A DNA stretch of 64,000 nucleotides, from NCBI GenBank assembly GCA_030390025.1, contig CM059432.1:55368001-55432000 (forward strand), read 5' to 3'. Origin of the DNA: Squalus acanthias (lineage: Eukaryota). Below the pieces are notes generated by a model that made no database searches, had not been told where the DNA came from, and saw only the letters and a list, made by a program, of their open reading frames with translations. A program made the translations under genes and the position numbers. Every line of letters starts with the position of its first letter. Position 1 is the stretch's first letter. Of the stretch, positions 12,843 to 25,950 are shown in pieces.

Positions 12843-13949
12843 TTATATAGTGTAGTATGTAATAATTGAATAGAAAAAACTTAGAGAATATTATACTCCT
12901 CCATTTTTATTTTGTTATTTTAAAAAAAGCTAGTTGATTCATAGTCATTGTATACTCCCATTTATTAGTCTCAGGAACCTGCATTTTTAAGCAATATTCA
13001 TCCTCACAATGCACCGAGAAATATTATATCTTTGTATTTACATATTAAAAATGCAGTGATGGCAATATTCCAAGGTATTGCACCTGTAGGTGGAATGGCC
13101 ACTTGGTGAGCCAGGAGAGGGACAATGGGGTACATACCAGCAAGAAATCAAAGTCTTCAAGAGAGAAAATTGGGGGAAATAATGTGGCATTAAATATATT
13201 TTTCTTCCTCACTCCTTTCATGCTCTCTTCCATCACCTTTTTATTTTCTTTATCTTCATTTTCCTTTTTTTATATTTCTCATTTTTTTTCACAGCCCATG
13301 TAAGTGTGGAATTCAAAATGTTTTATCTTCCTTTCTGCTATTGGATAGTCAAAGAAAATAAGAAAACACTACAGAGGCTGGATTAACTACCACTCCTAGA
13401 AGGATTGACTGCTGTTGCTTCCGACTCTGTGGGGAGAATTTTAACCCCCAAGAACGGGTGAATTAGGGGCGGCTGGGGAGTTAAAATTAATGGTTTTTCG
13501 ATCGTGACTGCAACCCGGCTCCAACCCACCCACTTCTGGGTTTAACGGAGCCACGTTTGGATGCCTGCATGTAACCTACTCGTTGAAGTTGAGGCTTTCA
13601 TTATTGCAGACAGGCAGGTAGTTACTGGTGTAATTAATGTCCTTAGGAGACATTAATGAGCTGTTTTTAAATTGAATTTAACTTAGCTTTAAATGTAATG
13701 TCTCCAGCATGGGTTTTTACCCGAGGCTCGGGAAACTGACCACAGAAATGGAAGTGAGATTGAACTGCAGTTCAGGTGGGTATTTAAACTTGTCATTGCC
13801 CCAGCCGAATAAAACCTCACTGATTACAGCTGGTGTCTTAGTCCCATCTGGCAAACGTTTGGCAGAGAGTTCTTGTGTGAATACAACTACAGAGACTTTC
13901 AAACTGACAAAATCAGGATTGGAGGCGCGTTGAGAAGAGGAAGACCATC

Positions 13950-15080
13950 ACCACCCACAGCAGCGAAGACGTGCTGTGGTGGGATCAGCACATGCACAGG
14001 AGGGAGGCGCAAAGGAAAGAGGTGCACAGGAGGGAGATGCACAGGAGGGAGGTGCACACGAAAGGGGCCAAGGCACTAACCACGTCACAGGGTTTACAGA
14101 GGTTCAGCTTCCATAACCTCTCGAAAGAGCAGTGCTTCCGCAGGCTGAGGTTGTCATGTCAGGTGGTGGCAGACATCTCCAGCCTCTTATAAGAAGACTT
14201 GCTTCCTGCTGGACCTGGCGGGCACGAATTGCCTGTGGCTGTGAAGGTCACCACAGCCCTCAATTTTTTTGCCTCTGTGTTCCTTCCAGGGCACTACCGG
14301 AGACATCTCGAGGGTCTCGCAGTCTGTTGCACATAAATGCATAAGGCAGGTGATGGATGAATTGTTTGCCAAGGCTGGGAGTTATGTAAACTTCCCCTGT
14401 GATGACAATAGCCAGAATGAGTGGGTACTCGGATTCACCTCTCTGGCTGGATTCCCACAGGCACAGGATACCATCGACTGCACACATGTGGCAATCCAAG
14501 CACCAGCATAGCAACCAGGAGTTTTAATAAACCGCAAGGGATATTGATCCATCAATGCGCAGCTGGTGTGTAACCACAAGAAGTGGTTCATGCGAGTCTG
14601 TGCCGGATTCCCAGGGAGCTGTCAAGATGCATTCATATTGCAGCAGTCCAACATCCCAGACCTTTTCGTTCCATGAAGCAGACTTAAGGTATGGCTCGTA
14701 GAAGACAAGGGATAACTCCTTCAAACTTGGCTCATGACACATGTGAGGAACCCCACCAATGAGGTGCAGGAGCACTATAACGAGAGGCACATGACCACCA
14801 GGTGTGTCATAGAGCAAGTCATCGGAATGTTGAAGATGCACTTCAGGTGTCTAAGTAGGTCTGGAGGCAACCTTCAGTACATGCTAGCGAGGATCTCCAG
14901 AATAATAGCGCAGCAGAGAGGATTACAGGTGGAGGAGGATGAAGGGGCTCATCACACATCTTCGGATGAGGAGAACATAGAGCAGGAAGAGGATGTAGGT
15001 GGGGTACCCATTGCCAGACCAGCTGTTTACATTGCTGCCTGAGATGCCAGCGATGCCTTAATATCGCGATGGTTCACCTA
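13950..15080 (+). pseudogene. HARBI1-type DDE transposase pseudogene
   Basis: GFPQAQDTIDCTHVAI, NRKGY*SINAQLVC, FPGSCQDAFIL, WLVEDKG*, TRCVIEQVIGMLKMHFRCL; stops and frameshifts; start approximate. Confidence 0.88.
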
Positions 15081-15382
15081 GTGTAAAATATAAGAAATTA
15101 AATCCTGTGGACCGCTCCCACCACCAGGACCACCCTCCCTCCTCCCTTTGCACTAAACAATCCTTCAACCACTCATCCACCCATTGCATGTCCGCAAAAT
15201 GGGTTCCGTCATGTGTTGACATTCATCATGAAACAAGTGAAAGGGTGAGTTGGCACTTGGGATGCAATAATGGGCAAGACGTGGAAAGGGTGCAAATCAA
15301 TAAACTTTATGTGGCATTGTAAGAAAAGGAAACTTAACAATGTAACATTTTGTCAAACTCCCATGTGCACACCTTTGGTGAA

Positions 15383-17140
15383 TTACAATTTCTTCAACTT
15401 ATGCTTCTTACCGCTTTTGTGTGCCTTCAGCAGAAGTAGAGGCAGGCTGCTCAGATCTCTGCCCTGACTACTGAAATGCTTTTGCCCTACCCCCTCCGGG
15501 CCCCACCAAAGACTGCTCCACCTGCACCTGTGCAGGGGCAGACTTGGCCACTGGGAAATGAGGCAACATGTTGGGTACTGGCTGAAGGGTGGCAACAGGT
15601 GAGAAGTGGGAGCACTTTGAGTGGAGTTCCCACTTCTATGTACCCTTTCGCCATCGTCCCTCTCCTGGACCAGCGCCACATCGCTTCTACCACTCTGCTG
15701 CAAACCAGCTTGGTGGAGATCAGTGGCATGTTTTAATGCCACGGATACAGTATCTGTCATCCTGTTTAAGGCGGCAGACATCTCCTGCACGGATGTGGTC
15801 ATGGCCTGCATGGACTCATTTGAGAGCCTTGCTTAAAGTTCCATGGAGGAGGCCACTCTCCATGGCAGACATTCTCGCAATTCCCTGCACCACTAACAAT
15901 GCACTACAATCGAGTTGGACTCCTCCATCCTCTCCACTGTTGTGGCACATCTGTCAGTACCTGGCTAAGTTGCTGATCCACCTCTAGTATTCTCCTTAAC
16001 AACAGGCACCCGGGGTTCAGCATCTATGTCCAACAGAGCAGAGCTTGAACAGAATTGCGCGCCCTGATGCAGACTCTCCACTTCTGATCCTGCCACCAGT
16101 GTCTGCTCGTGGTCTCTTGTGAGGTGTGAATCACCAGGTGAAAACTGAACTAACTGTCTAAGTGGACCCACTGAAGTGTGAATATTTGTGCTGGTGCTTG
16201 GTTGTAGGTCCTGTGATGGTGCACCCTCAGAAGAAATGAGATCCTCTGAGGAATCGTCCTCATAGATGTCCTGCGACACTTGCTGTACTTGTGAAGGCCC
16301 TGGAAGACAAAAGGGATATGATTTAGTCGTGACAAAGTCACAATCTTGACAAACACCATACTCAATCTTCTCATAGTTCAGTCATTGATGAAATAAAGTC
16401 AGCATATGTGTGTCAGAGATACTTGTAACTCTGTCACCAGCTATCTGCGAGCTCCCTGTCTCTCCATCTCCGACTGAGAGGGATGCAGATGAGCCACTTA
16501 GCTCCAGGACCTTCTCCTCTGCATCTGTTAGCTGCACTATTTGTGGTGGGCCACCTCCAGTCCTCTCCCTCTGCCTTGCGCTTTGCATTATCTTCTCCTA
16601 CAACGGGCGAAAAGCTGTGAGTGAAGGTGAGGTATTCACCCGATGGATGCAGTGCATTCAGTGAGGGTGACAATGAGACAGATGCATCACATTGCATCAG
16701 GATTGAGGTGAGTGGCAACATTGGATGGATTAATGGGGAAGTGATGAAATGCATAGAAAGTGAAGGCAGGGTGCTTCTCAAAGTTGAGTGGGTATGAGGA
16801 GTGATGAAGTGATGTGATAAAGTATGCTTGGCAAGTCAGAGTGAAAGGGGGCGGGGGCTTAAACCACAGGATGTAGTTGAATGAGCAAATGTATTCACTT
16901 TTTCTGACCTGGTTCGGTCATTAAACCGCTTCGTACCTTGCATCCAAGACCTGGGCACAATGCTCCTGCTGCTCACCTCCTCAGCTGCCTCTAACCACGC
17001 CTTCTTGGTGGGAGCCGCAGGTTTCATCCTCCTATTGCTGGGAAAAGTATGTCCCTCCTGTTCTTGACTGCACCCAGCAGTAATTCCAGTGATGCGCCAT
17101 TGAATCAGGGTACACCCCTTACTCTATGTGCACCATCCAT
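15383..17140 (-). pseudogene. Harbinger Myb/SANT-like DNA-binding gene, spliced and decayed
   Basis: Exon 1 (17140-16899) has F...LELLLGAV...KKAWLEAAEEVSSRSIVPRSWMQGTKRFNDRTR; next exon has RERTGGGPP. Confidence 0.82.
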
Positions 17141-17821
17141 CATGAACACCTTCAATTTCTAACTGTGCACTGTCCCTTTAAATAAAGCTGAGATCGCATT
17201 GTGTGGGTGCGTATCATGCCCGCTGCACAACTTGGAGACGTGAAACCCGGAAGTCAAAATTATTTGCTTCAATTCAGTTGCGATCGCAGATTCTGACCCG
17301 TTAAATTGACTTCCAGGTTTCACCCATGCAATCCCACCCCCTCCCCCCCAGCTCGGAAGCCATCTTCAGATTAATATCGGCGCCTGCATGTTGGAGGTAA
17401 ATCTCTCAACTTTACTGCTCTGGGTAGGTCAATGGAGTAATGAGTGTAATTGGAAAATTTGTCCACAGCAGCCTGGAATTTCCTATCTACAGAGTTCACC
17501 ATTATTCTAGCACAGAAGTTCCAGGAAATTATGACATTAGTGAGTTATGCTATTTATTATGACACACCAGAATATCTGTGGCCATTTGCTGAGACCCTTG
17601 TTAAAACAGGTAAAATGTAATTATAGCTCCGCCTCCATTCAAAACTGCAGCGATGATGAATTTCCTTGATTCATGATAGTTTTCTGGTGGCTCGAAGGCA
17701 TGCTGATAAAGAAAGACACACAAACACCTCAAGTCAAGACTGAAACTGATGATCTTGGAACTTGCTGATCTCACTGGGAAATAGAAGTGGCTTTCTGCTG
17801 TTGTCATGGTTTTTTACTTCG

Positions 17822-17880
17822 TTGTACTTCATTGGCTGTAAAGCACTTTGAGACATCGTGAGGCGCTATATAAATACAAG
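17822..17880 (+). mobile_element. 3' tail of a DeuSINE/L2 element, continued at 25661-25670 beyond the Harbinger insertion
   Basis: GTACTTCATTGGCTGTAAAGCACTTTGAGAC..GTGAGGCGCTATATAAATACAAG then TTCTTTCTTT matches the tail of the SINE at 53313. Confidence 0.75.
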
Positions 17881-18166
17881 GGCCGAGAAATTGGGCAAGG
17901 CCGGAAAACGGGCAATGGGCACAGCCCAGCGCTATTTGCCTGCACCCATTCTAAGTGATGCAGACAGCATGCAAAATTCGTGCTGCCTGCTCATTTACAT
18001 GATTGCAGTGCTGATCTCAGCACAAAATGCACTGCTGATTGGCTTAGCGCTCAGTGGGGGGCCAATATCGGGTGCAATCTACTGGCCAATAAAGTTAGGC
18101 CTAGGCTCTCTCCACTACTTAAAGGGGAGGTGCTTTGTTGTAGAAACACCTAGGTGAGAAGAAGCC

Positions 18167-21100
18167 ATGGCTCAACATCCTAGAGAAAGGGCGAGTCGTT
18201 TCTCAGATGCCGCACTGGAGGCCTTGGACCTGGGGGTCCAACGTCAACGGGATGTCCTATACCCACGTGGGGGCAAGAGGGCTTCAAAGGTAATCAGCAG
18301 AAGGATCTGGGAGGAGATAGCGCAATCTGTCACAGCGACGAGTGTTGTCCCCAGGACCTGGATCCAGTGCCACAAAAAGTCTAATGACCTCACACAGCTG
18401 GTCAAGGTGGGTGAAGGCTTCAGCTAATGCCATGTCCCACCATCTGCATCACAAGCCTCACACACTGCTCAATGTACCACACCCCCATCACTCCCCTACC
18501 AACAATCTCTAGCTATCACCACTCATGCCTCACAATCATACCTTCACTTCACACTCACACCCACATCTCACACCTTGTGCACACAGCCAGCTATTCAACA
18601 TGGCAGGCACATCAACCAAACACATTGCACCACACTCACTGACACAATTCCCTTTCTCTTGCAGGCCAAGGTGGTGCACAACCCATGACCAATAGCAGAC
18701 GAGAGGCGGCCAAGCGAGGATTTAGAATGTAACCAACCTAGAGGAATCAGTGTTGCAAATAATTGGAGGGGCTGTGACAGAGTCCGTGGTGAGAGGAGAA
18801 GTGGAAAGCATCACTGATGATGACGACGACATGCTCATACCAAATCCTTCTTCTCACATTCCACTTCCCCCTCATCCCACAATCTCTTGCTTTCCCACTC
18901 CCCTCACCACAGCCTGACCCATGTGCCTTTCTGCTTTCAGATACCCAAGAACTGCCAGCAGCCCAGCCTACCCCTGAACATGAGGAAAGGAGAAGAACAG
19001 ACACCGGCACTGCATCTGACACTCACAGAAACTAGCTCAGAAAATAGCATTGTGTGTATTTTAGAGGGTAGTATAGAGGTATCTGCACGTGGTGAGTCAC
19101 TGGGCACAAGTGGACTGCAGCCAGGCCAGGGGGAAATGGTAGATTGTGTGCCAGCTCCCCAGAGGGCGAGTTCGCACCCGAGTTCTACTCTACAGGACTC
19201 AGATGATGACCACGATGGGACAGCCTTCAGAAGAAGGGTGATGGGCATGCACACAGAAATTCTAGGTGCACTATGTGGGAAATCAGGGACACTTCATGTG
19301 TCCCTGATGACCATGTGTGCGGGAAGTGTATCCAGCTGCAGCTACTGGCAGACCGCATTGCAGCGCTGGAGCTGCGAATGGATACATACTGGAGCATTCG
19401 CAATGCTGAGGACATCGTGGATAGCACGTTTAATGAGTTGGTCACACCGCAGGTAAAGGCTGCACAGGCAGGAAGGGAATGGGTGACTGCCAGGCAGAGT
19501 CGTCGGCGCAGGCAGGTAGTGCAGGGGTCCCCTGTGGCCATCCCCCTCTCAAACAGATATACCACTTTGGATATTGTTGAGGGAGATGGTTTATCGGGGG
19601 AAGGCAGCAGCAGCCAACTTCCTGGCACCATGGGTGGTTCTGCTGCACAGGACAGGAGGAAAAAGAGCAGGAGAGCTATAGTGATAGGGGATTCTATTGT
19701 AAGGGGAATAGATAGGCGTTTCTGCGGCCGCAAACGAGACTCCAGGATGGTATGTTGCCTCCCTGGTGCAAGGGTCAAGGATGTCTCGGGGTGGCTGCAG
19801 GGCATTCTGGAGGGGAAGGTGAACAGCCAGTTGTCGTGGTGTATATAAGTACCAACGATATAGATCAAAAATGGGATGAGGTCCTAAAAGCTGAATATAG
19901 GGAGTTAGGAGGTAAATTAAAAAATAGGACCTCAAAGGTAGTAATCTCAGGATTGCTACCAGTGCCACGTGCTAGTCAGAGTAGAAATAGAAGGATATTT
20001 CAGATGAATACGTGGCTAGAGGAATGGTGCAAGGGGGAGGGATTCAAATTCCTGGGACATTGGAACCAGTTCTGGGGGAGGTGGGACCAGTACAAACTGG
20101 ACGGTTTGCACCTGGGCGGGACCGGGACCGATGTCCTAGGGGGAGTGTTTGCTAGTGCTGTTGGGGAGGGTTTAAACTAAAATGGCAGGGGGTTGGGAAC
20201 CTGTGCAGGGAGACAGAGGAAAGGGAAGCAAGGATAGAAACAAAAGACAGGAAGGAGAAAAGCAAAAGTGGAAGGCAGAGAAATCAAGGGTGTAAATCAA
20301 ACAGGGCTACAGTAAATAATAATTCTAAAAGGACTAAGAGTGTTAAAAAAACAAGCCTGTAGGCTTTGTGTCTTAATGCGAGGAGCATTCGTAATAAGGT
20401 GGATGAATTAGCTGCGCAAATAGATGTAAACGGATATGATATAATTGGGATTACAGAGACATGGCTCCAGGGTGACCAAGGCTGGGAATTCAACATCCAG
20501 GGGTATTCAATATTCAGGAAGGACAGGCAAAAAGGAAAAGGAGGTGGGGTAGCATTGCTGGTTAAAGAGGAGATTAACACAATAGTAAGGAAGGATATTA
20601 GCTCTGATGATGTGGAATCTATATGGGTAGAGCTGACAAATACCAAGGGGCAGAAAACATTAGTGGGAGTTGCATACAGGCCCCCAAACAGTAATGCTGA
20701 GGTTGGGAATGGCATTAAATGGGAAATTAGAGATGCGTGCAATAAGGGCACAGCAGTTATCATGGGTGACTTTAATCTACATATAGATTGGGCTAACCAA
20801 ATTAGTAACAATACTGTGGAGGAGGAATTCCTAGAGTGTATACAGGATGGTTTCCTGAACCAATATGTCGAGGAACCAACTAGAGATCAGGCCATCTTAG
20901 ACTGGGTATTATGTAATGAGAAAGGATTAATTAGCAATCTTGTTGTGCGAGGCTCCTTGGGGAGGAGCGATCATAATATGATAGAATTCTTCATTAAGAT
21001 GGAGAGTGAAGTAGTTGACTCAGAGACTAGGGTCCTGAATTTAAGTAAAGGAAACTACGATGGTATGAGGCGCGAGTTGGCTAGGATGGATTGGGGAGCG

Positions 21101-23910
21101 TTACTGAAAGGGTTGACGGTGGATAGGCAATGGCAAACATTTAAAGGTCGCATGGATGAACTACAGAATTTGTTCATCCCTGTTTGGCATAAAAATAAAA
21201 CAAAAAAGGTGACTCAACCGTGGCTAACAAGGGAAATTAGGAATAGCATAAGATCCAAGGAGAGGACATATAAATTGGCCAGAAAAAGCAGCAAACCTGA
21301 GGATTGGGAGCAGTTTAGGATTCAGCAAAGGAGGACAAAGGGATTAATTAAGAGGGGGGGAAATAGAATATGAGAGTAAGCTTGCAGGGAACATAAAAAC
21401 TGACTGTAAAAGCTTCTATAGATATGTGAAGAGAAAAAGATTGGTGAAGTCAAGCGTAGGTCCCTTGCAGTCAGAGTCAGGGGAATTTATAATGGGGAAC
21501 AAAGAAATGGCAGACCAATTAAATACACACTTTGGTTCTGCCTTCACAAAGCAGGACACAAATAACCTCCCAGAGATGTCGGGGAACATAGGGTCTAATC
21601 AGAGGGAGGAATTGAATGAAATCAGTATTTGTAGGGAAATGGTGTTAGGGAAATTGATGGGATTGAAGGCCGATAAATCCACAGGGCCTGATAATCTACA
21701 TCCTAGGGTACTTAAGGAAGTGGCCCTAGAAATAGTAGATGCATTGCTGGTCATCTTCCAAAATTCTATAGACTCTGGAACAGTTCCCATGGATTGGAGG
21801 GTAGCTAATGTAACCCCACTATTTAAAAAAGGTGGTAGAGAGAAAACGGGGAATTATAGACCGGTAAGCCTGACATCGGTAGTGGGGGAAATGCTAGAGT
21901 CCTTTATAAAAGATGTAATAGCAGAGCACTTGGAAAACAGTGACAGGATCAGACAAAGTCAACATGGATTTACAAAAGGTAAATCATGCTTGACTAATCT
22001 ACTGGAATTTTTTGAGGAACTGGTAGAATAGATAAGGGAGAACCAGTGGATGTGGTGTATTTGGACTTTCAGAAGGCTTTCGATAAGGTCCCGCATAAGA
22101 GATTAGCGTGCGAAGTTAAAGCACATGGGATTGGGGGTAAGGTACTGTCTTGGATAGAGAACTGGTTGGCAGACAGGAAGCAAAGAGTTGGAATAAATGG
22201 GTCTTTTTCTGAGTGGCAGGCAGTGACTAGTGGGGTACTGCAGGGATCGGTGCTAGGACCCCAGTTATTCACAATATATATTAATGATCTAGACGAGGGA
22301 ACTAGATGTAATATCTCCAAGTTTGCAGATGACACAAAGCTGGGTGGGTGTGTGTGCTGTGAGGAGGATGCAGAGAAACTCCAGTATGATTTGGACAGGT
22401 TGGGTGATTGGGCAGATGCATGGCAAATGCAGTATAATGTGGATAAATGCGAGGTTATCCACTTCGGTGGCTAAAACAGGAAGACAGATTATTATCTGAA
22501 CGGCAATAGATTGGGAAAAGGGGAAGTGCAACGAGACCTGGGTGTCCTTGTGCACCAGTCGCTGAAGGTAAGCATGCAGGTGCAGCAGGCGGTTAAGAAG
22601 GCAAATGCTATGTTGGCCTTCATAGCGAGAGGATTCGAGTACAGGAGCAAGGATGTCTTGCTGCAGCTGTACAGGGCCTTGGTGAGACCACACCTTGAGT
22701 ATTGTGTGCAGTTTTGGTCGCCTTATCTGAGGAAGGATGTTCTTACCATGGAGGGAGTGCAGCGAAGATTCACCAGACTGATACCTGGGATGGCAGGAAT
22801 GACGTATGAAGAGAGATTGGGTTGATTAGGCTTATATTCGCTAGAGTTTAGAAGAATGAGAGGGGATCTCATTGAAACTTATAAAATTCTAACAGGACTA
22901 GACAGACTAGATGCAGGAAGGATGTTCCCAATGGCGGGGGAGTCCAGAACCAGGGGTCACAGTCTAAGGATAAGGGGTAAGCCATTTAGGACTGAGATGA
23001 GGAGGAATTTCTTCACCCAGAGTGGTGAACCTGTGGAATTCTTTACCACAGAAGGCAGTTGAGGCCAATTCATTAAATATATTCAAGAAGGAGTTAGATA
23101 TATTTCTTAAGGCTAAAGGGATCAAGGGGAGAAAGCAGGGACAGGGCACTGAATTTGGATGATCAGCCATGATCTCATTAAATGGCTGAACAGGCTCGCG
23201 GGGCCGAATGGCCTACTCCTGCTCCTATCGTCTATGTTCCTATGTTTCAATGGCAAACCTGCCAGAGAGCCTCTTGTCAGTGTCAAGGAACATGGAAGAG
23301 TCCGGCTCCAACACGGGGCGTTGTGCAGAGCTTGGAGCCCATGATTTCCAGGATGGAAATGATGGGCAACTCCATGAGAGACCTTGTGGACCCAAATATG
23401 CTGGTGGGTGTGATGGACGATCTCGCAGCTTCCATTGCAGCAGAGGCGGAAGTGACCCAACGTCTCACTACAGCAGTGGAACCTCATACTGCTGCCATCG
23501 TTGCTGGGTTTATGAGTGTCGAAAGGGGCTTGCAGGGTATTGCAGCAGGCCAGCAATCTGTTCTCCAACAGATTACTAGAATTGCTGAGACGCCACCCCA
23601 GTGGAGTGGCAGTGGCTCCGTGGAGCAAGAACCTGCTGTCCTCTTTCAGGATGACAGCATTCCTACTCCCACCACTGCCACTCTGCCAGTGACCTTTCTG
23701 CTGCCTGTCAGCCAGCCAGTCCAGACTGCTGCTGCCTATGCCGAGCTGCTCGAGGTTATGCTGCAAGGCCATCTATAGTCTTCTACACTGAAAGTCAGCA
23801 GCATTCCACCAGCCATGCTGCAGCCACTGGGGGAGCACTTCGTAGGAGCACTGGAGTAAGAAAAGGCACACGAAAGACAGACACTAAGGGAATGCGCAAG
23901 GGTGATTAGT
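18167..23910 (+). pseudogene. Harbinger Myb/SANT-like gene (exons 18167-18406, 18665 to ~18815, 18941 onward), disrupted by a stop codon and the CR1
   Basis: RASRFSDAALEAL...RRIWEEIAQSV...RTWIQCHKKSNDL is a Myb_DNA-bind_5-like pattern; GT-AG introns; homology to 160-1250 resumes at 23248. Confidence 0.85.
19272..23247 (+). mobile_element. Near-full-length CR1 LINE: ORF1 (Cys motif, coiled coil, SGNH esterase) and ORF2 (APE endonuclease + RT), several frameshifts
   Basis: VIGDSIVRG, CLPGARV, DGLHL (ORF1); CLNARSI, ITETWL, MGDFN, SDHN (endonuclease); NYRPVSLTS, LDFQKAFDKV, QGSVLGP, FADD (RT); tail CTATGTTCCTATGTT. Confidence 0.97.
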
Positions 23911-24075
23911 TAACTTTGTTCTTTTGATTTGAATTTGATAAATTTATGAATTTTGTTTGGATTGTGTGTTTTGTGGTGGGTCTCACTTCAGCTTTGTGCC
24001 CAGGAGGACGCTGTGATGTTCCATGACAGAGGGATGCTATGATGGGGAATCAGTGAGCAATGGGAATCTGGGGTT

Positions 24076-25193
24076 TCATTCACTGGAATCAAAGTCTGAT
24101 GAGGTGCTCACGGACAGCCTGTCCGGAACGGGAATCTGCTGCCTGCCTCCTCCCTTCCTCCTCCTCTTCCTCCTGAGGTGGTCCCAGAACTCCTGGTGGC
24201 AAGGGCTGTGCCCTCATGATGTCCAAGTTGTGCACCACAAAATGGGACACCCACTCTGTTGACTACTGGGGGGCTCCTCCCGAGCGGTCAAGGCAGCGGA
24301 AACCGTTGCTTTAGCACCCCGATGGTCTGCTCGATGACGTTCCTTTGTGGCAGCATGGCTGTCATTACATGAGTGCTGGCCACGAGTGGTGGGGTTGCAG
24401 AGGGGAGTCATCAGCCAGGTGCAGAGCAGGTAGCCCTGGTCTCCGAGCAGCCACCCTCATGTGTGACATGGTGACTGGAAGATTGCTGGCACACCGGACT
24501 GACGTAGGATGAAGGCATCATGACTGCTGCCAGGGTAGTGGGCATTCACCAACATGATGCGCTGGGTATGGTCACAGAATAACTACACATTATGTGAGTG
24601 GTAGCCTTTACGGTTACGGAACATCTCAGGATTGGTATACAGTGCCCGCAAAGCCACGTGTGTCCAGTGAATGGCGCCCTGCACCATGAGGAAGCCCGCT
24701 ATCCTGGCAAAGCCACACGCGCGCTCGTCCTGCTTTTCTGTTCAGAGGACAATTAAGTCCCTTCTCCTGGAGTACAGTGCCTCTGTGACCTCCCAGATGC
24801 AGTGATGGGCAGCAAACTGGGAGATGTTAGCTATGTCGCCTGCTGCAGACTGGAAGAATCCAGTGGTGAAAAAATTGATAGCCACAGTGACCTTGGGGGC
24901 CACTGGGAGAGCTGTTGTCGCCCTGCTCTGAGGCTGCAGGTCTGCTTGCAGGAGGTAGCAGAGTTCTGTGACCACCTCCTTGGTGAAGCAGAGCCTCCTA
25001 ATACACTGCTCCTGGCTTAAGTGCAGGTAGGAGAAGTGCTCTCGGAAGACCCTAAGTGGGTAAGGCCTCCTGCTGAGAGCCTTCCTGCCCCTCCTCCTCC
25101 TCCCTCTGCAGGCATCTAATCCTCTTTTTCACTGCCTTCGCTCCACTTCCCTTTCATACTCGAGCACGAGGGGGTCTGCAAGTAGAGCCCCAT
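24076..25193 (-). pseudogene. HARBI1-type DDE transposase pseudogene
   Basis: GFARIAGFLMVQGAIHWTHVAL (first catalytic D changed to H), NRKGYHS, YPGSSHDAFIL, WLLGDQGY, RNVIEQTIGVLKQRF. Confidence 0.88.
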
Positions 25194-25950
25194 GACTGTG
25201 AGCAAGTGGTGTGAGTAGAAGCCTTTAAATGAGAAGCAAGGCATTCTCCACTTGCAGCAACACTCCCTGTGACCTCAGCAACTTTAACAACTTTAGAAAG
25301 CTCCAAACAGTTGCACAAACTTAGACAGAGCTAGTAAAACCGAAAGAGCAAGTCAGCTGCAAGTTGTTGATGATCCCTTTAAGTGGCACTGCTGGGGGAA
25401 TCCTTCCTGCTGCTGAATGCTTGGTCAGCTGGTCTTGATTAGGAGAGAGCGTTAAAGGGAGCGGCGATATCCAAAATAGCAGATTGTGCACCAAATCAGC
25501 GATGCACACACATTAACGTCAAGATCTGCCTAATCTAAATATCTGGAGCTCTGCCGACCTCCCCAAAATGGTGGCTGTTGCGGAAGCAAGGCAGATACCA
25601 TTTTTTCATCAAAATGGGCCTTAACGGCGGGCGCTAAACCCCCCGAATTTCTAGGCTAAGTTCTTTCTTTACAGCCAGTCCTGTAAACACCTCAGAAACA
25701 AAATTAAGAGCTATCAAAATGAATGTTATTTTTACTTTCTTAATTCCCTAAGGAATACTTCTTGAGTATTTCAATTATGCAAAGCATTCTGAAGGTACTT
25801 TAATGGTTATTGGCTGCACCATTCCTGATTTGCCAGTATCCTCAATGTGAGGTATTCAACCGTTTTCCACTATATTTTGGCGTCAATTTGCCGCTGGAGG
25901 GTCAGGATGCCCAACAGTCTAATTTACAGCGTTCGTCGCAATTTTCTTTT

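Larger units (their letters stand above)
13431..17384. mobile_element. Full-length but decayed autonomous-type Harbinger transposon (~3.95 kb)
   Basis: Degenerate TIRs GGGGAGAATTTTAA vs GGCGCCGATATTAA (reverse complement), flanks TGT/TGC; convergent transposase (+) and Myb/SANT gene (-). Confidence 0.8.
17881..25657. mobile_element. Full-length decayed Harbinger transposon (~3.8 kb) carrying a nested ~4 kb CR1
   Basis: TIR GGCCGAGAAATTGGG vs AGCCTAGAAATTCGG (reverse complement); exact 3-bp TSD AAG (17878-17880, 25658-25660); Myb gene (+) and transposase (-) are convergent. Confidence 0.9.

Noticed and set aside
19227..23772. Long minus-strand ORFs (213 aa at 19227, 175 aa at 20284, 216 aa at 23122)
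   Set aside because: Antisense shadows of CR1 and Harbinger coding sequence.
13950..25193. Domesticated HARBI1 or MSANTD host genes
   Set aside because: Multiple stops and frameshifts, a mutated catalytic Asp in one copy, and enclosure by TIRs/TSD mark them as dead transposon copies.
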